A stretch of DNA of 49,586 nt from Neisseria sp. GTDB taxonomy: Bacteria > Pseudomonadota > Gammaproteobacteria > Burkholderiales > Neisseriaceae. The notes beneath the pieces are model-generated. The model ran no database searches, was not told where the DNA came from, and saw nothing but the letters and a program-made list of their open reading frames with translations. This document shows positions 31,903-41,792 of the stretch, one piece after another. The translations under genes were made by a program, and so were the position numbers. Numbering within the stretch: the stretch's first letter is position 1; each line of letters begins with the position of its first letter. The stretch is taken from the NCBI GenBank assembly GCA_030530545.1, contig JAUMUU010000001.1, forward strand, positions 4,164 through 53,749. Direction: 5' to 3'.

Positions 31903-32106
31903 GGAGAAAATGATTAATTTGTTTGCTTGGGCGCAAAATGGCCGTCATGTGTGCCGTAATCCGCCAAGAAGGGGGTTGCGGTTTTTGTGTATTCCGGGGG
32001 AATCGCCCATTTTTGATGACGCTGCGGGAATTTGAAACCCTGCCAGGCGGCAGGGTCGGTGTCGGGTCTCCGGCGGTTGGGGCAAACTGCTTTCGGCTAT
32101 GCGCTG

Positions 32107-33171
32107 TCAGCGTATCAGTTGGTTCAGTTCGCCTTTTGCGTAGCGGTTGGCCATTTTTTCCAGTGAAACGGGTTTGATTTTACTTGCCTGTCCTTCGCAG
32201 CCGAAGGCCAGGTAGCGGGCGACACAGATGTCTTTCATGGCGGTTATGGTTTTGGCCAGGTATTTGCGCGGGTCGAATTCGGAGGGGTTTTCCGCCATAA
32301 AGCGGCGGATGGCGCCGGTGGAGGCGAGGCGCAGGTCGGTGTCGATGTTGACTTTGCGCACGCCGTGTTTGATGCCTTCGACGATTTCTTCTACGGGTAC
32401 GCCGTAGGTTTCGCCGATTTTGCCGCCGTATTCGTTGATGACTTTCAGCCATTCTTGGGGAACGGAGCTGGAGCCGTGCATGACGATGTGGGTGTTGGGC
32501 AGGGCCTGGTGGATTTCTTTGATGCGGTCGATGCGCAATACGTCGCCGGTGGGCGGACGGGTGAATTTGTATGCGCCGTGGCTGGTGCCGACGGCGATGG
32601 CGAGCGCGTCCACGCCGGTGTCTTTAACAAAGCGCACGGCATCTTCGACGCTGGTGAGCATTTGGTCGTGGGAGAGTTTGCCGACTGCGCCTACGCCGTC
32701 TTCTTCGCCTGCTTCGCCGGTTTCGAGGTTGCCCAATACGCCGATTTCGCCTTCGACGGATACGCCGCAGGCGTGGGAGAAATTGACTACGGTGCGGGTG
32801 GCTTGGACGTTGTATTCATAAGTAGAAGGGGTTTTGCCGTCTTCCAGCAGCGAGCCGTCCATCATGACGGAGGAGAAACCGAGTTGGATGGAGCGTTGGC
32901 ACACGTCGGGCGATGCGCCGTGGTCCTGGTGCATGACGACGGGGATGTGCGGGAATTCTTCGACGGCGGCGAGGATGAGGTGGCGCAAAAACGGCGCACC
33001 TGCGTATTTGCGTGCGCCTGCGCTCGCCTGTACGATTACGGGGGCGTTTACGGAATCGGCAGCCTCCATGATGGCGCGCATTTGTTCGAGGTTGTTGACG
33101 TTGAAGGCGGGCAGGCCGTAGTTGTTTTCGGCGGCGTGGTCTAGCAGTTGGCGCATGGATACGAGGGCCAT
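32107..33171 (-). CDS. fba: Fructose-bisphosphate aldolase class II
   Basis: [20 protein letters not shown] and KVNIDTDLR motifs. Confidence 0.98.
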   Translation of the reverse strand: MALVSMRQLLDHAAENNYGLPAFNVNNLEQMRAIMEAADSVNAPVIVQASAGARKYAGAPFLRHLILAAVEEFPHIPVVMHQDHGASPDVCQRSIQLGFSSVMMDGSLLEDGKTPSTYEYNVQATRTVVNFSHACGVSVEGEIGVLGNLETGEAGEEDGVGAVGKLSHDQMLTSVEDAVRFVKDTGVDALAIAVGTSHGAYKFTRPPTGDVLRIDRIKEIHQALPNTHIVMHGSSSVPQEWLKVINEYGGKIGETYGVPVEEIVEGIKHGVRKVNIDTDLRLASTGAIRRFMAENPSEFDPRKYLAKTITAMKDICVARYLAFGCEGQASKIKPVSLEKMANRYAKGELNQLIR

Positions 33172-33232
33172 AGGGAAACTCCTGTGGGTTGTAGTCTGGT
33201 GTAGCCTTTGCGCGGATTATAACAAAGAAAAA

Positions 33233-33244
33233 AGGCCGTCTGAA
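33233..33244 (+). repeat. DNA uptake sequence (AG-DUS)
   Basis: AGGCCGTCTGAA. Confidence 0.9.
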
Positions 33245-33292
33245 AGCGCAATCGGGCATTCCTGCGGCCTTTTCTCCGGATGGGGCGGTGCA

Positions 33293-34507
33293 TCAAAATA
33301 AAAGTTGGGAGTTGGTAACGCAGGGGTTTTTCCTGTCCCAGGCGTAACCGGCCAGGATGGCGCACACCATGCGGGTAACTTCGGGGTTGCGGTCGCGGCT
33401 GAAAATGAGTTCTTGGAAACGGCCGTCATACCAGCCCTTTATATAGCTGCCGAAGGTATTGACCCCGCTCATCAGCGGTACGGCAAATTCGTTTTTCCAA
33501 TCCACAGGGCGGCCGCGCAGTTGTTTGGTTACGCATTGGGCGGCCAGTTTGGCCGACTGCACGGCTATGGTTACCCCCGAGGAGAAGACGGGGTCGAGAA
33601 ATTCGCTGGATGCGCCAAGCAGGGCGAAATGGCGGCCGTATAATCCTTTGGATTTGGTGGTGTAGCCGGGCAGGTAGTTGAACGGGAAGTCGTTTTCCCA
33701 TTTGGCATCGGCCAGTATTTCGGCCAGGAACGGCACTTCGGCAACGGTTTTTGTCAGAATCTGCGCGCTGCTCAAATGGCGGAAATAGTGTTCTTCGCCG
33801 ACCACGCCTATGGAGCTGCGGCCGTTGCTGAACGGTATCAGCCATACCCAGATGTCGCGGTGTTCGGGGTGGATGCAGACCAGGTTTTTGTTGCGGTCGA
33901 ATTTGTCGGAGGTGATGCGGTCGTCTATGTGGGTGAAATGCACCTGGCGCATGACGGTGTCGGGCGGCAGCTCCCAGCCCATCAGGCGCGGCAGGGCGCG
34001 GTAGAAGCCGCTGGCATCCAGCACGAAGCGCGCCTCTATATCGTAAACGTCGCCGTTGTCGCGCTCCACGGTCAGTAAGACGGTGTCGCCGTTGTTGTCG
34101 AAGGTTTTGAGCGATTCGCCAAAACGCGCCACCACGCCCTGTTTCACCGCCTCGTCTATCAGCAGTTTGTCGAACTGGGCGCGCGGCACGTTGAAGGCGG
34201 TGGTATGTCCCGCGCTGAATTTGTCCAAAAAGCTGAACGTGCTGTAGCGGCTGCCCCAGGAAAAGGCAAAGCCGTTTTTGTATTGGAAACCCAATCCCGC
34301 CGCCCGCACCGGCTTTAGCAGCCCGGCCTCATCCAAGATGTCCATCGCATACGGCAACAGGCTCTCGCCTATGACGAAACGCGGAAAGTATTGTTTCTCC
34401 AATACGCAGACATTGAACCCCTGCTTAGTCAGCAGTGCGGCCGATACGGTGCCCGCCGGCCCTGCGCCGATAACCACGACATCGTAAATGTTAGAAGGTG
34501 AAGGCAC
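33293..34507 (-). CDS. FAD-dependent oxidoreductase, flavin halogenase-like
   Basis: GAGPAG, FPRFVIGESLLP, WVWLIP, FLDPVFSSGV, LAGYAWD..NP; GTG start. Confidence 0.85.
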   Translation of the reverse strand: MPSPSNIYDVVVIGAGPAGTVSAALLTKQGFNVCVLEKQYFPRFVIGESLLPYAMDILDEAGLLKPVRAAGLGFQYKNGFAFSWGSRYSTFSFLDKFSAGHTTAFNVPRAQFDKLLIDEAVKQGVVARFGESLKTFDNNGDTVLLTVERDNGDVYDIEARFVLDASGFYRALPRLMGWELPPDTVMRQVHFTHIDDRITSDKFDRNKNLVCIHPEHRDIWVWLIPFSNGRSSIGVVGEEHYFRHLSSAQILTKTVAEVPFLAEILADAKWENDFPFNYLPGYTTKSKGLYGRHFALLGASSEFLDPVFSSGVTIAVQSAKLAAQCVTKQLRGRPVDWKNEFAVPLMSGVNTFGSYIKGWYDGRFQELIFSRDRNPEVTRMVCAILAGYAWDRKNPCVTNSQLLF

Positions 34508-34665
34508 TGTCCTTTTTCCTCGTTTGCCCGGCTATGGGAAACCGGTTGCGTCATCTGTCAAAAAATATCCGAATTCAGGCAGCCATTGTAATGACAAACC
34601 GCATTTATTGACAATCGGCTAAAAAGGGCGGCGATATGCGCCGGCAACCGGCGGACGGGCGTTCG

Positions 34666-34689
34666 ATGCCGTCTGAAAGCGCGTATAAT
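34666..34689 (+). promoter_or_regulatory. AT-DUS lying just upstream of a TATAAT -10 box in front of pyrH
   Basis: ATGCCGTCTGAA-AGCGCG-TATAAT. Confidence 0.6.
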
Positions 34690-34741
34690 ACCGCCCCGCT
34701 TGAAACAGATTTCCCTTTTCCCACCCATAAAGGTTCTCCAA

Positions 34742-35464
34742 ATGAATAATCCCCCAATCAAATACAAACGCGTCCTGCTGAAACTATCCGGCGAGGCACT
34801 GATGGGCAAGGACCCCTTCGGCATCAACCGCGAAACCATCATGCAGATTGTCGGCCAGGTAAAGGAAATTGTCGGAATGGGCGTGCAGGTCGGCGTGGTG
34901 GTCGGAGGCGGCAATATTTTCCGGGGCGTGTCGGCGCAGGCGGGCAACATGGACAGGGCCACCGCCGACTACATGGGCATGATGGCCACGGTCATGAACG
35001 CGCTGGCCTTGAAGGACGCTTTCGAATCGCTGGGCATCAAGGCGCGCGTCCAGTCTGCACTCTCCATGCAGCAGATTGCCGAGACCTACGCCCGTCCCAA
35101 GGCGATACAGTATTTGGAGGAAGGCAAAGTGGTGATTTTCGCCGCCGGCACGGGCAACCCCTTCTTCACCACCGACACCGCCGCCGCCCTGCGCGGAGCG
35201 GAAATGAACTGCGACGTGATGCTCAAGGCCACCAATGTGGACGGCGTATACAGCGCAGACCCGAAAAAAGACCCGTCCGCCACCCGCTACGAAACCATCA
35301 CCTTTGACGATGCCTTAAACAAGCGGCTCAAAGTGATGGATGCCACGGCCTTTGCCCTGTGCCGCGAACGCCAGCTCAACATCGTGGTATTCGGCATAGG
35401 CAGGGAGGGCGCGTTGAAACGCGTGGTTTGCGGCGAGGACGAAGGAACTTTGGTTCACTGTTAA
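34742..35464 (+). CDS. pyrH: UMP kinase
   Basis: [29 protein letters not shown]. Confidence 0.98.
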   Translation: MNNPPIKYKRVLLKLSGEALMGKDPFGINRETIMQIVGQVKEIVGMGVQVGVVVGGGNIFRGVSAQAGNMDRATADYMGMMATVMNALALKDAFESLGIKARVQSALSMQQIAETYARPKAIQYLEEGKVVIFAAGTGNPFFTTDTAAALRGAEMNCDVMLKATNVDGVYSADPKKDPSATRYETITFDDALNKRLKVMDATAFALCRERQLNIVVFGIGREGALKRVVCGEDEGTLVHC

Positions 35465-35566
35465 AGCCGATACGAACCTGAAATACCCAACCTTAGGGCA
35501 GAAACAATCCATACCCGGCTAATGGATTCGGGCCGTCCGGGCAATTTCACCCGAACGGCCCGCACC

Positions 35567-36400
35567 TTATCCCTGTCCGCCGAATTTTACCGTGATGATT
35601 TTCTGGTCGGCATTATTCCTGCCCCAAGCCGTCTTATACAGCAGGCGCAAGAGCCAGGGATAACGGTGTACGCAGCGTTCCATCAGGCCGGATACTTTTT
35701 CCACGCGCAAACCCGGCAGCCAGCCTTCCAGTGATTTCGGGTCGGGCAGCGCCCATTTGAATTCCGGCGGTTTTTCCATTTTGCCCAGCGCATCATGGCG
35801 TTTCGCCTGTTTCAGCAGCAGGGGCGGAATCACGTCAAACACCAGTTCCGCGCCCGGCAGCAATTTATTTACCATGGCAAAAAACGCCTTCACACGTTCT
35901 TCCTCGAAATACATCAGCACCCCTTCGGACACCAGCAGCACCGGTTTGCCGTGCGCGGCCGCCGTCTGCGTCCAGGATTCGTCAAACAGCGACGCGGGCA
36001 GATAATGATTGCCCGACTCGGGCAGCAACATACGCCGCACATCCAACACGTCGGGCAGATCCAAATCATACCAGGCCGTCAGCCCGGGCCGTCCCAGCCT
36101 CTCAAAACGCGCGTCCAACCCCGCGCCCAACTGCACCACCACTCCGTCGGGATGCCCGGCCAGAAACCGCATCACTTCCTCGTCAATCAGCGCGGCGCGG
36201 CCGCAACAACCCGCCTGCGATGCGGATGCGCGGGCGAATTTGTCGAAATCATAATTAATCATACCCATCATCCGCACCGCCTCGGCATCTTTCAGCAAAG
36301 GCCGGGGGTGGCCGTATTCCACCGCCTTGGCCCACAGGGGAATCAGCATGGTTTCCGACAACGCGCTGATTTGGTCGGGCGAGATTTTTTGATTTTCCAT
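35567..36400 (-). CDS. Class I SAM methyltransferase (LCM/TcmP-like O-methyltransferase)
   Basis: ETMLIPLWAKA, VVQLGAGLDARFER, DLDLPDV, SEGVLMYF; AGAAAGGA RBS. Confidence 0.88.
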   Translation of the reverse strand: MENQKISPDQISALSETMLIPLWAKAVEYGHPRPLLKDAEAVRMMGMINYDFDKFARASASQAGCCGRAALIDEEVMRFLAGHPDGVVVQLGAGLDARFERLGRPGLTAWYDLDLPDVLDVRRMLLPESGNHYLPASLFDESWTQTAAAHGKPVLLVSEGVLMYFEEERVKAFFAMVNKLLPGAELVFDVIPPLLLKQAKRHDALGKMEKPPEFKWALPDPKSLEGWLPGLRVEKVSGLMERCVHRYPWLLRLLYKTAWGRNNADQKIITVKFGGQG

Positions 36401-36592
36401 CACAATATCCTTTCTTGAATCGGGAAGGATTTTCAATTGTACGCCCATATGCGCGACTACCATACACCAACGCGGCAGAACCCTGCGCCCCCGCCTGCCG
36501 CCGGCAGGGCGCGATGCGGCTTGCGCCTTGCCGCACACCCAAAACCAAGGTACTATTCCGCCTTTGATTTTACTGTCATTTAAAGGGACAAA

Positions 36593-37150
36593 ATGATTAA
36601 CGATATTCAAAAAACCGCCGAGGGCAAAATGCAGCGTTCCTTGGAAGTCTTAAAAGAAAACCTGGCCAAAATCCGCACCGGCCGCGCCCACACCGGCCTG
36701 CTCGACCAGGTGGAGGTCGAATACTGGGGCAGCATGGTGCCCGTCAGCCAGGTCGGCAACGTAACCCTGCTGGATGCGCGCACCCTGGGCGTGAAACCCT
36801 TTGAAAGCAATATGGCCGCCAAAATCGAAAAGGCCATCCGCGATTCCAACCTGGGCCTCAACCCCGCCTCGGTGGGCGACCTGATCCGCGTCCCCATGCC
36901 CATGCTGACCGAAGAAAGGCGCAAGGATTTAATCAAGGTTGTGAGGGGCGAAACCGAAGAGGGCCGCGTTTCCATACGCAACGTGCGGCGCGATGCCAAC
37001 GACCACATCAAAAAGCTGCTCAAAGACAAGGAGGTTTCCGAAGACGAAGCCCGCCGCGGCGAGGAAGCCGTACAGAAAATGACCGACAAATATATTGCCG
37101 AAGCCGATAAAATCCTGGCGGCAAAAGAAGAAGACCTGATGGCCATTTGA
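36593..37150 (+). CDS. frr: Ribosome recycling factor
   Basis: [21 protein letters not shown]. Confidence 0.98.
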   Translation: MINDIQKTAEGKMQRSLEVLKENLAKIRTGRAHTGLLDQVEVEYWGSMVPVSQVGNVTLLDARTLGVKPFESNMAAKIEKAIRDSNLGLNPASVGDLIRVPMPMLTEERRKDLIKVVRGETEEGRVSIRNVRRDANDHIKKLLKDKEVSEDEARRGEEAVQKMTDKYIAEADKILAAKEEDLMAI

Positions 37151-37157
37151 GGCCCCG

Positions 37158-37194
37158 GCCGTCTGAAACACCCTTGGGCGGCCCACCTTTTTTT
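37158..37194 (+). terminator. DUS with degenerate partner and T-run after frr
   Basis: GCCGTCTGAA...TTGGGCGGC...TTTTTTT. Confidence 0.6.
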
Positions 37195-37209
37195 CGGACG
37201 ATTCCAACC

Positions 37210-37848
37210 ATGCCCCGGATATACACAGCCGCCCTTTGCTGCGCGTTATCATTGCCTGCCGCCGCCTTGGCCCAACGGCCGGTCAGGCCCGTTTTCAACT
37301 GCACCAAGGCCTACGACCAGGCCGGGCGCGACTGGCTTTTCAGCCAGCGCGGCACATTCTACGGCGCGTTTGACCGCAGGCACGGCGGCCGCATCACCGA
37401 GGTTAGGCAAAGCTGCCTGCCCAACGGGCTGGCCGTCATCACCCTGGACGCGCGTTCCACCGGCAAAGAAAAGCCCAACCGTTTCAGCAGCCAGCGTTTT
37501 TTGGACGTGCCCGCGCGCAAGGTGCTCGGCGGCACCGATCTGATAGAGCCGGCCAAGCAGCCGCTTTTGCAGCACACGGTCAAACAAAGCCTGACCGATG
37601 CCCATGCCCGCTCGGCACAGCCCTTTTATCAAACGCCCGCCGACAAGGCGAAATTTGCCGCCTGGCTGGATAAGAAACTGCCGGCCATTTTGGCCGAAAA
37701 CCTGTATCTGGAAATTTGGGCGGACGGCAAGGCCGAAACGGTGTTGGTATACTGTGCCTCGGAACGGCACGACAACGCCGCCCTGCCCGCCCCGCTGTGC
37801 ATACGCCTGCCGGCGGCCGAATACCTGAAGCGGCAATACCTTTTTTAA
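37210..37848 (+). CDS. Hypothetical exported protein
   Basis: Signal peptide (ALA cleavage site), four Cys in the mature part; fills the frr-uppS gap. Confidence 0.7.
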   Translation: MPRIYTAALCCALSLPAAALAQRPVRPVFNCTKAYDQAGRDWLFSQRGTFYGAFDRRHGGRITEVRQSCLPNGLAVITLDARSTGKEKPNRFSSQRFLDVPARKVLGGTDLIEPAKQPLLQHTVKQSLTDAHARSAQPFYQTPADKAKFAAWLDKKLPAILAENLYLEIWADGKAETVLVYCASERHDNAALPAPLCIRLPAAEYLKRQYLF

Positions 37849-37904
37849 CCCGCGCCTGAAAAACGGGCGGCGGCACAGACCGTTGCAACCGAAAAGGAAA
37901 ACCG

Positions 37905-38651
37905 ATGAAAAGCAGCACGCAGGCCATTCCCGAACACCACAGGATACCGCGCCACATCGCCGTGATTATGGACGGCAACGGCCGTTGGGCGAAAAAACGC
38001 CTCCTGCCCCGGGCAATGGGGCATAAAAAAGGCCTGGACGCATTGGAGAACCTGTGCGCCTGCTGTTCCGGGGCGGGCGTGGAATATCTGACCGTTTTTG
38101 CCTTTTCCACCGAAAACTGGCGGCGGCCGCAAGACGAAGTGGGTTTTTTGATGGGGCTGTTTCTGCAGGCTTTGAAAAAGCAGGTCAAACGGATGCACGG
38201 GCATAATATGCGCCTGAAAGTCATAGGCGACCGCAGCCGCTTCAACGCCGAAATCGTATCGGGCATAGAGGCCGCCGAGGCGCTCACCGCCGGCAACGGC
38301 GGCCTGACCCTGACCATAGCCGCCGACTACGGCGGGCGGTGGGATATTTTGCAGGCGGCCAACAAGCTGCTGGCACAGGGCAAAACCCATATCGCCGAAA
38401 GCGATTTAAACGCGCAGTTGATGTTGGGCGGCGCGCCCGAACCCGACCTCTTCATCCGCACCGGCGGGGAAATGCGCATCAGCAACTTCCTGCTGTGGCA
38501 GATGGCCTATGCCGAACTCTATTTTACCGACACCCTGTGGCCGGATTTCGACAAGCAGGCCTTCGATGAGGCCATAGCCTCCTTCCAAAGCCGCGAACGC
38601 CGTTTCGGCCGCACATCCGAACAACTGCCCCAAGACCAACAACGAAATTGA
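37905..38651 (+). CDS. uppS: Undecaprenyl diphosphate synthase
   Basis: HIAVIMDGNGRWA, AFSTENW, RISNFLLWQ. Confidence 0.98.
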   Translation: MKSSTQAIPEHHRIPRHIAVIMDGNGRWAKKRLLPRAMGHKKGLDALENLCACCSGAGVEYLTVFAFSTENWRRPQDEVGFLMGLFLQALKKQVKRMHGHNMRLKVIGDRSRFNAEIVSGIEAAEALTAGNGGLTLTIAADYGGRWDILQAANKLLAQGKTHIAESDLNAQLMLGGAPEPDLFIRTGGEMRISNFLLWQMAYAELYFTDTLWPDFDKQAFDEAIASFQSRERRFGRTSEQLPQDQQRN

Positions 38652-38655
38652 AATT

Positions 38656-39450
38656 ATGTTGAAACAACGCATCATCACGGCCCTGGTCCTGCTGCCCATT
38701 ATGTTGGGTATGCTGTTTGGCGCACCGCCCGCCCTGTGGTCGGCCTTCTGCGGCCTGATTGCCCTGCTGGCACTGTGGGAATACAGCCGCCTGTGCGGCA
38801 TAAGCGGCCGCGAGCGCGCACCCTACCTAATCGGCACGGCCGTATTCATGCTGCTGGCGCAAACCGGCGGCTGGATGCTGCCTGCGCCCGGCTGGTGGGC
38901 GGTATTGGCCTTTTGGGCGCTGGTTATGCCCTTGTGGTTGAAATATAAATGGAAATTAAACGGCGGCTGGCCCGCCTATGCCGCAGGCTGGCTGCTGATG
39001 CTGCCGTTTTGGTTCGCGCTGACTTCGCTGCGCCCCCATGCCTCCCAGGCCTGGCCTTTGTTGTCGGTTATGGCGCTGGTGTGGGTGGCGGATGTGGGCG
39101 CGTATTTTTTCGGCCGCGCCTACGGCAGGCACAAACTCGCCCCAGCCATCAGCCCGGGCAAAAGCTGGGAGGGCGTGTTCGGCGGTGCGGCCTGCGTCCT
39201 GGTTTATGTGCTTATCATCAGTATGACCCCGGCCGCCCTGCCCATGCCCCGGTATGCCGCCCTGCCGGCCGCCTTGCTGCTGACCGCCGTGAGTGTGTGC
39301 GGCGATTTGTTGGAAAGCTGGCTCAAGCGCGCCGCCGGCGTTAAAGACAGCAGCAGGCTGCTGCCGGGGCACGGGGGCGTGTTCGACCGCGTGGACAGCC
39401 TGATTGCGGTATTGTCGGTTTATGCCGCCATCGCCTTTTTGTCCGCATAG
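38656..39450 (+). CDS. cdsA: Phosphatidate cytidylyltransferase
   Basis: SPGKSWEG, KDSS.LLPGHGGVFDRVDS. Confidence 0.98.
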   Translation: MLKQRIITALVLLPIMLGMLFGAPPALWSAFCGLIALLALWEYSRLCGISGRERAPYLIGTAVFMLLAQTGGWMLPAPGWWAVLAFWALVMPLWLKYKWKLNGGWPAYAAGWLLMLPFWFALTSLRPHASQAWPLLSVMALVWVADVGAYFFGRAYGRHKLAPAISPGKSWEGVFGGAACVLVYVLIISMTPAALPMPRYAALPAALLLTAVSVCGDLLESWLKRAAGVKDSSRLLPGHGGVFDRVDSLIAVLSVYAAIAFLSA

Positions 39451-39501
39451 GCCCTTGCCGCGCCAAACGTTTTTTCCACCCTGCAATCTGGGAGTTGCAA
39501 A

Positions 39502-40254
39502 ATGTCCGACAAAACACAAACTTCGTCCCTGCCCGTCTTGGGCATATTGTTGGCCGCCGGCCTGTGTGCGTCCGCCTTTATTCTGGGCACGCAGTTCAAA
39601 AATTTCCGCCAGCCCGGCACGATTACGGTCAAGGGTTTGGCCGAAAAGAATTTCCAATCCGACAGTGCGACCTGGCGGGTGGGCATATCCCTGCACAACA
39701 GTACCTACCAAAATACCCTGGACTCGCTGGAGGAAGAACGCAAAAAATTGGCCGGATTCTTGAAAAAACAGGGCTTTGACGATGCGGAAATCAGTGCCGA
39801 ACTGCCCGGTGTCAATAAAACCTACCGCGAAATTCGCAACGACAAGGGCGATGTGGTCGAGCGCGTCCATGACGGATACGACGGCGATGTCTACCTCAAC
39901 GTCTCCACCAAAAAGCTGGATAAGATGCAGGAGGCGCAACAAGCCATCATCAACCTGCAGGCGCAAAACGAATTTGTCCGCTTCTCCAGCCCGCAGTATT
40001 TGTTGGGCAACCTGGAAACCATCAAGCGCGACCTGATTACCCAGGCCACCGAAGACGCGCAAAAACGCGCGGCCGAGTTTGCCAAAACCGGCGGCGGCTC
40101 GGTCGGTGCGATGCGTTCGGCCTCGCAGGGTTCGTTCAATATCTATTCCGACAAGGGCAGCAGCGAGGACGAGGACTACGGCGGAACTTACGACAAATCC
40201 ACCATAGGCAAACAGGTGCGTTTGGTCGTAACCATAGAATACGGTATAGAATAA
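39502..40254 (+). CDS. SIMPL (DUF541) domain protein
   Basis: N-terminal anchor; ITVKGLAE, ATEDAQKRA, SASQGSF, K.VRLVV. Confidence 0.88.
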   Translation: MSDKTQTSSLPVLGILLAAGLCASAFILGTQFKNFRQPGTITVKGLAEKNFQSDSATWRVGISLHNSTYQNTLDSLEEERKKLAGFLKKQGFDDAEISAELPGVNKTYREIRNDKGDVVERVHDGYDGDVYLNVSTKKLDKMQEAQQAIINLQAQNEFVRFSSPQYLLGNLETIKRDLITQATEDAQKRAAEFAKTGGGSVGAMRSASQGSFNIYSDKGSSEDEDYGGTYDKSTIGKQVRLVVTIEYGIE

Positions 40255-40259
40255 ACCCC

Positions 40260-40295
40260 TTTCAGGCGGCCTTTCAAACGGCGGGCCGCCTGAAA
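40260..40295. repeat. Outward-facing pair of one-mismatch DUS
   Basis: TTTCAGGCGGCC...GGCCGCCTGAAA. Confidence 0.7.
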
Positions 40296-40367
40296 AGCGC
40301 AGTGTTCCGACACAACATAAGCGGCACACTCCCACATACAGCCGTCCAACCATTAAGGAGACCCCCT

Positions 40368-40562
40368 ATGAAAAAACTGTTCCTCATCGCGGCAGCCGCC
40401 TGCCTGACCCTGCCCGCCTATGCGGCTTCCCCCGAGCACGGCGCACAACGGCCGCACATAGAACGGCAGGCACAAAAGCACAAAGCCAAAACCGCCAAAA
40501 AAAGGGCGGCCGCCAAAGCCAAGGCCAAACACCATAAACAACGGCAGCACCCGCACCACTAA
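40368..40562 (+). CDS. Small exported Lys/Ala/His/Gln-rich peptide
   Basis: TAAGGAG RBS, MKKLFL...AYA signal peptide, strongly cationic tail. Confidence 0.8.
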   Translation: MKKLFLIAAAACLTLPAYAASPEHGAQRPHIERQAQKHKAKTAKKRAAAKAKAKHHKQRQHPHH

Positions 40563-40610
40563 CCCCCAAGGCCGCCCCCGGGAGCGGGGCGGCCGCAAAA
40601 GACACCAAAC

Positions 40611-41792
40611 ATGACACCGAAAGTCCTAACCGTATTGGGCAGCACCGGCAGCATAGGCTGCAGCACGCTGGACATCGTTTCGCGCCATCCCGACAAATTC
40701 TGCGTCTTCGCACTGGCCGGACACCGGCAGACGGAAAAACTGGCGGCGCAATGTATAACGTTCCGCCCCCGCTTTGCCGTAGTTGCCGATGCCCAATGCG
40801 CCGCCGACCTGGAAAAGCGGTTAAAAAACCACCCCACCGAAGTCCTATACGGCGAACAGGCCCTAAACGACATAGCGGCGGCAGGCGAAACCGATGCCGT
40901 CATGTGCGCCATAGTCGGCGCGGCCGGCCTGCCCTCCGCACTGGCGGCGGCCAAGGCGGGCAAAACCATCTACCTGGCCAACAAAGAAACCCTGGTCGTC
41001 GCCGGTGCGCTGTTTATGGAAACCGCGCGGCAAAACGGCGCGAAAATCCTGCCCGTGGACAGCGAACACAACGCCATCTTCCAAGTGCTGCAGCAAAACC
41101 ATGACGGACGACACCACAGCCGGGACATACGCTCCATCATCCTGACCGCCTCGGGCGGCCCCTTTTTGGATACCGATTTGGACGACCTCCCCCATATCAC
41201 CCCCGAACAGGCCGTCAAACACCCCAACTGGAGCATGGGGCGCAAAATCTCGGTCGATTCCGCCACCATGATGAACAAAGGCCTGGAACTGATAGAGGCG
41301 CACTGGCTGTTCGACTGCCCGCCCGACAAACTCGAAGTCGTCATCCACCCCCAATCCGTCATCCACAGCATGGTACGCTATAGGGACGGCTCGGTATTGG
41401 CGCAATTGGGCGTGCCCGACATGCGCATCCCCATAGCACACTGCCTGGGGCTGCCCGAACGCATAGATTCCGGCGCATCCGACTTGGATTTCGCCGCCCT
41501 GTCGGCACTCACCTTCCGCCAGCCCGATTTCGACCGCTTCCCCTGCTTAAAGCTGGCCTACGAAGCCATGGCCGGGGGCGCGGGCGCGCCCTGCGTATTG
41601 AATGCCGCCAACGAAGAAGCCGTAGCGGCCTTCCTTTCGGGTAAAATCCGCTTTACCGACATCGCCCGCACCGTCGCACACTGCCTGTCGCAAAACCGCT
41701 GCCATGACGGCAGCTTAAACGCCCTGCTGGCACAAGACGCAGAAACCCGCATCAGGGCGCGGGAATACATTACGGACCTGACAAAAACATGA
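40611..41792 (+). CDS. dxr: 1-deoxy-D-xylulose-5-phosphate reductoisomerase
   Basis: [25 protein letters not shown]. Confidence 0.98.
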   Translation: MTPKVLTVLGSTGSIGCSTLDIVSRHPDKFCVFALAGHRQTEKLAAQCITFRPRFAVVADAQCAADLEKRLKNHPTEVLYGEQALNDIAAAGETDAVMCAIVGAAGLPSALAAAKAGKTIYLANKETLVVAGALFMETARQNGAKILPVDSEHNAIFQVLQQNHDGRHHSRDIRSIILTASGGPFLDTDLDDLPHITPEQAVKHPNWSMGRKISVDSATMMNKGLELIEAHWLFDCPPDKLEVVIHPQSVIHSMVRYRDGSVLAQLGVPDMRIPIAHCLGLPERIDSGASDLDFAALSALTFRQPDFDRFPCLKLAYEAMAGGAGAPCVLNAANEEAVAAFLSGKIRFTDIARTVAHCLSQNRCHDGSLNALLAQDAETRIRAREYITDLTKT

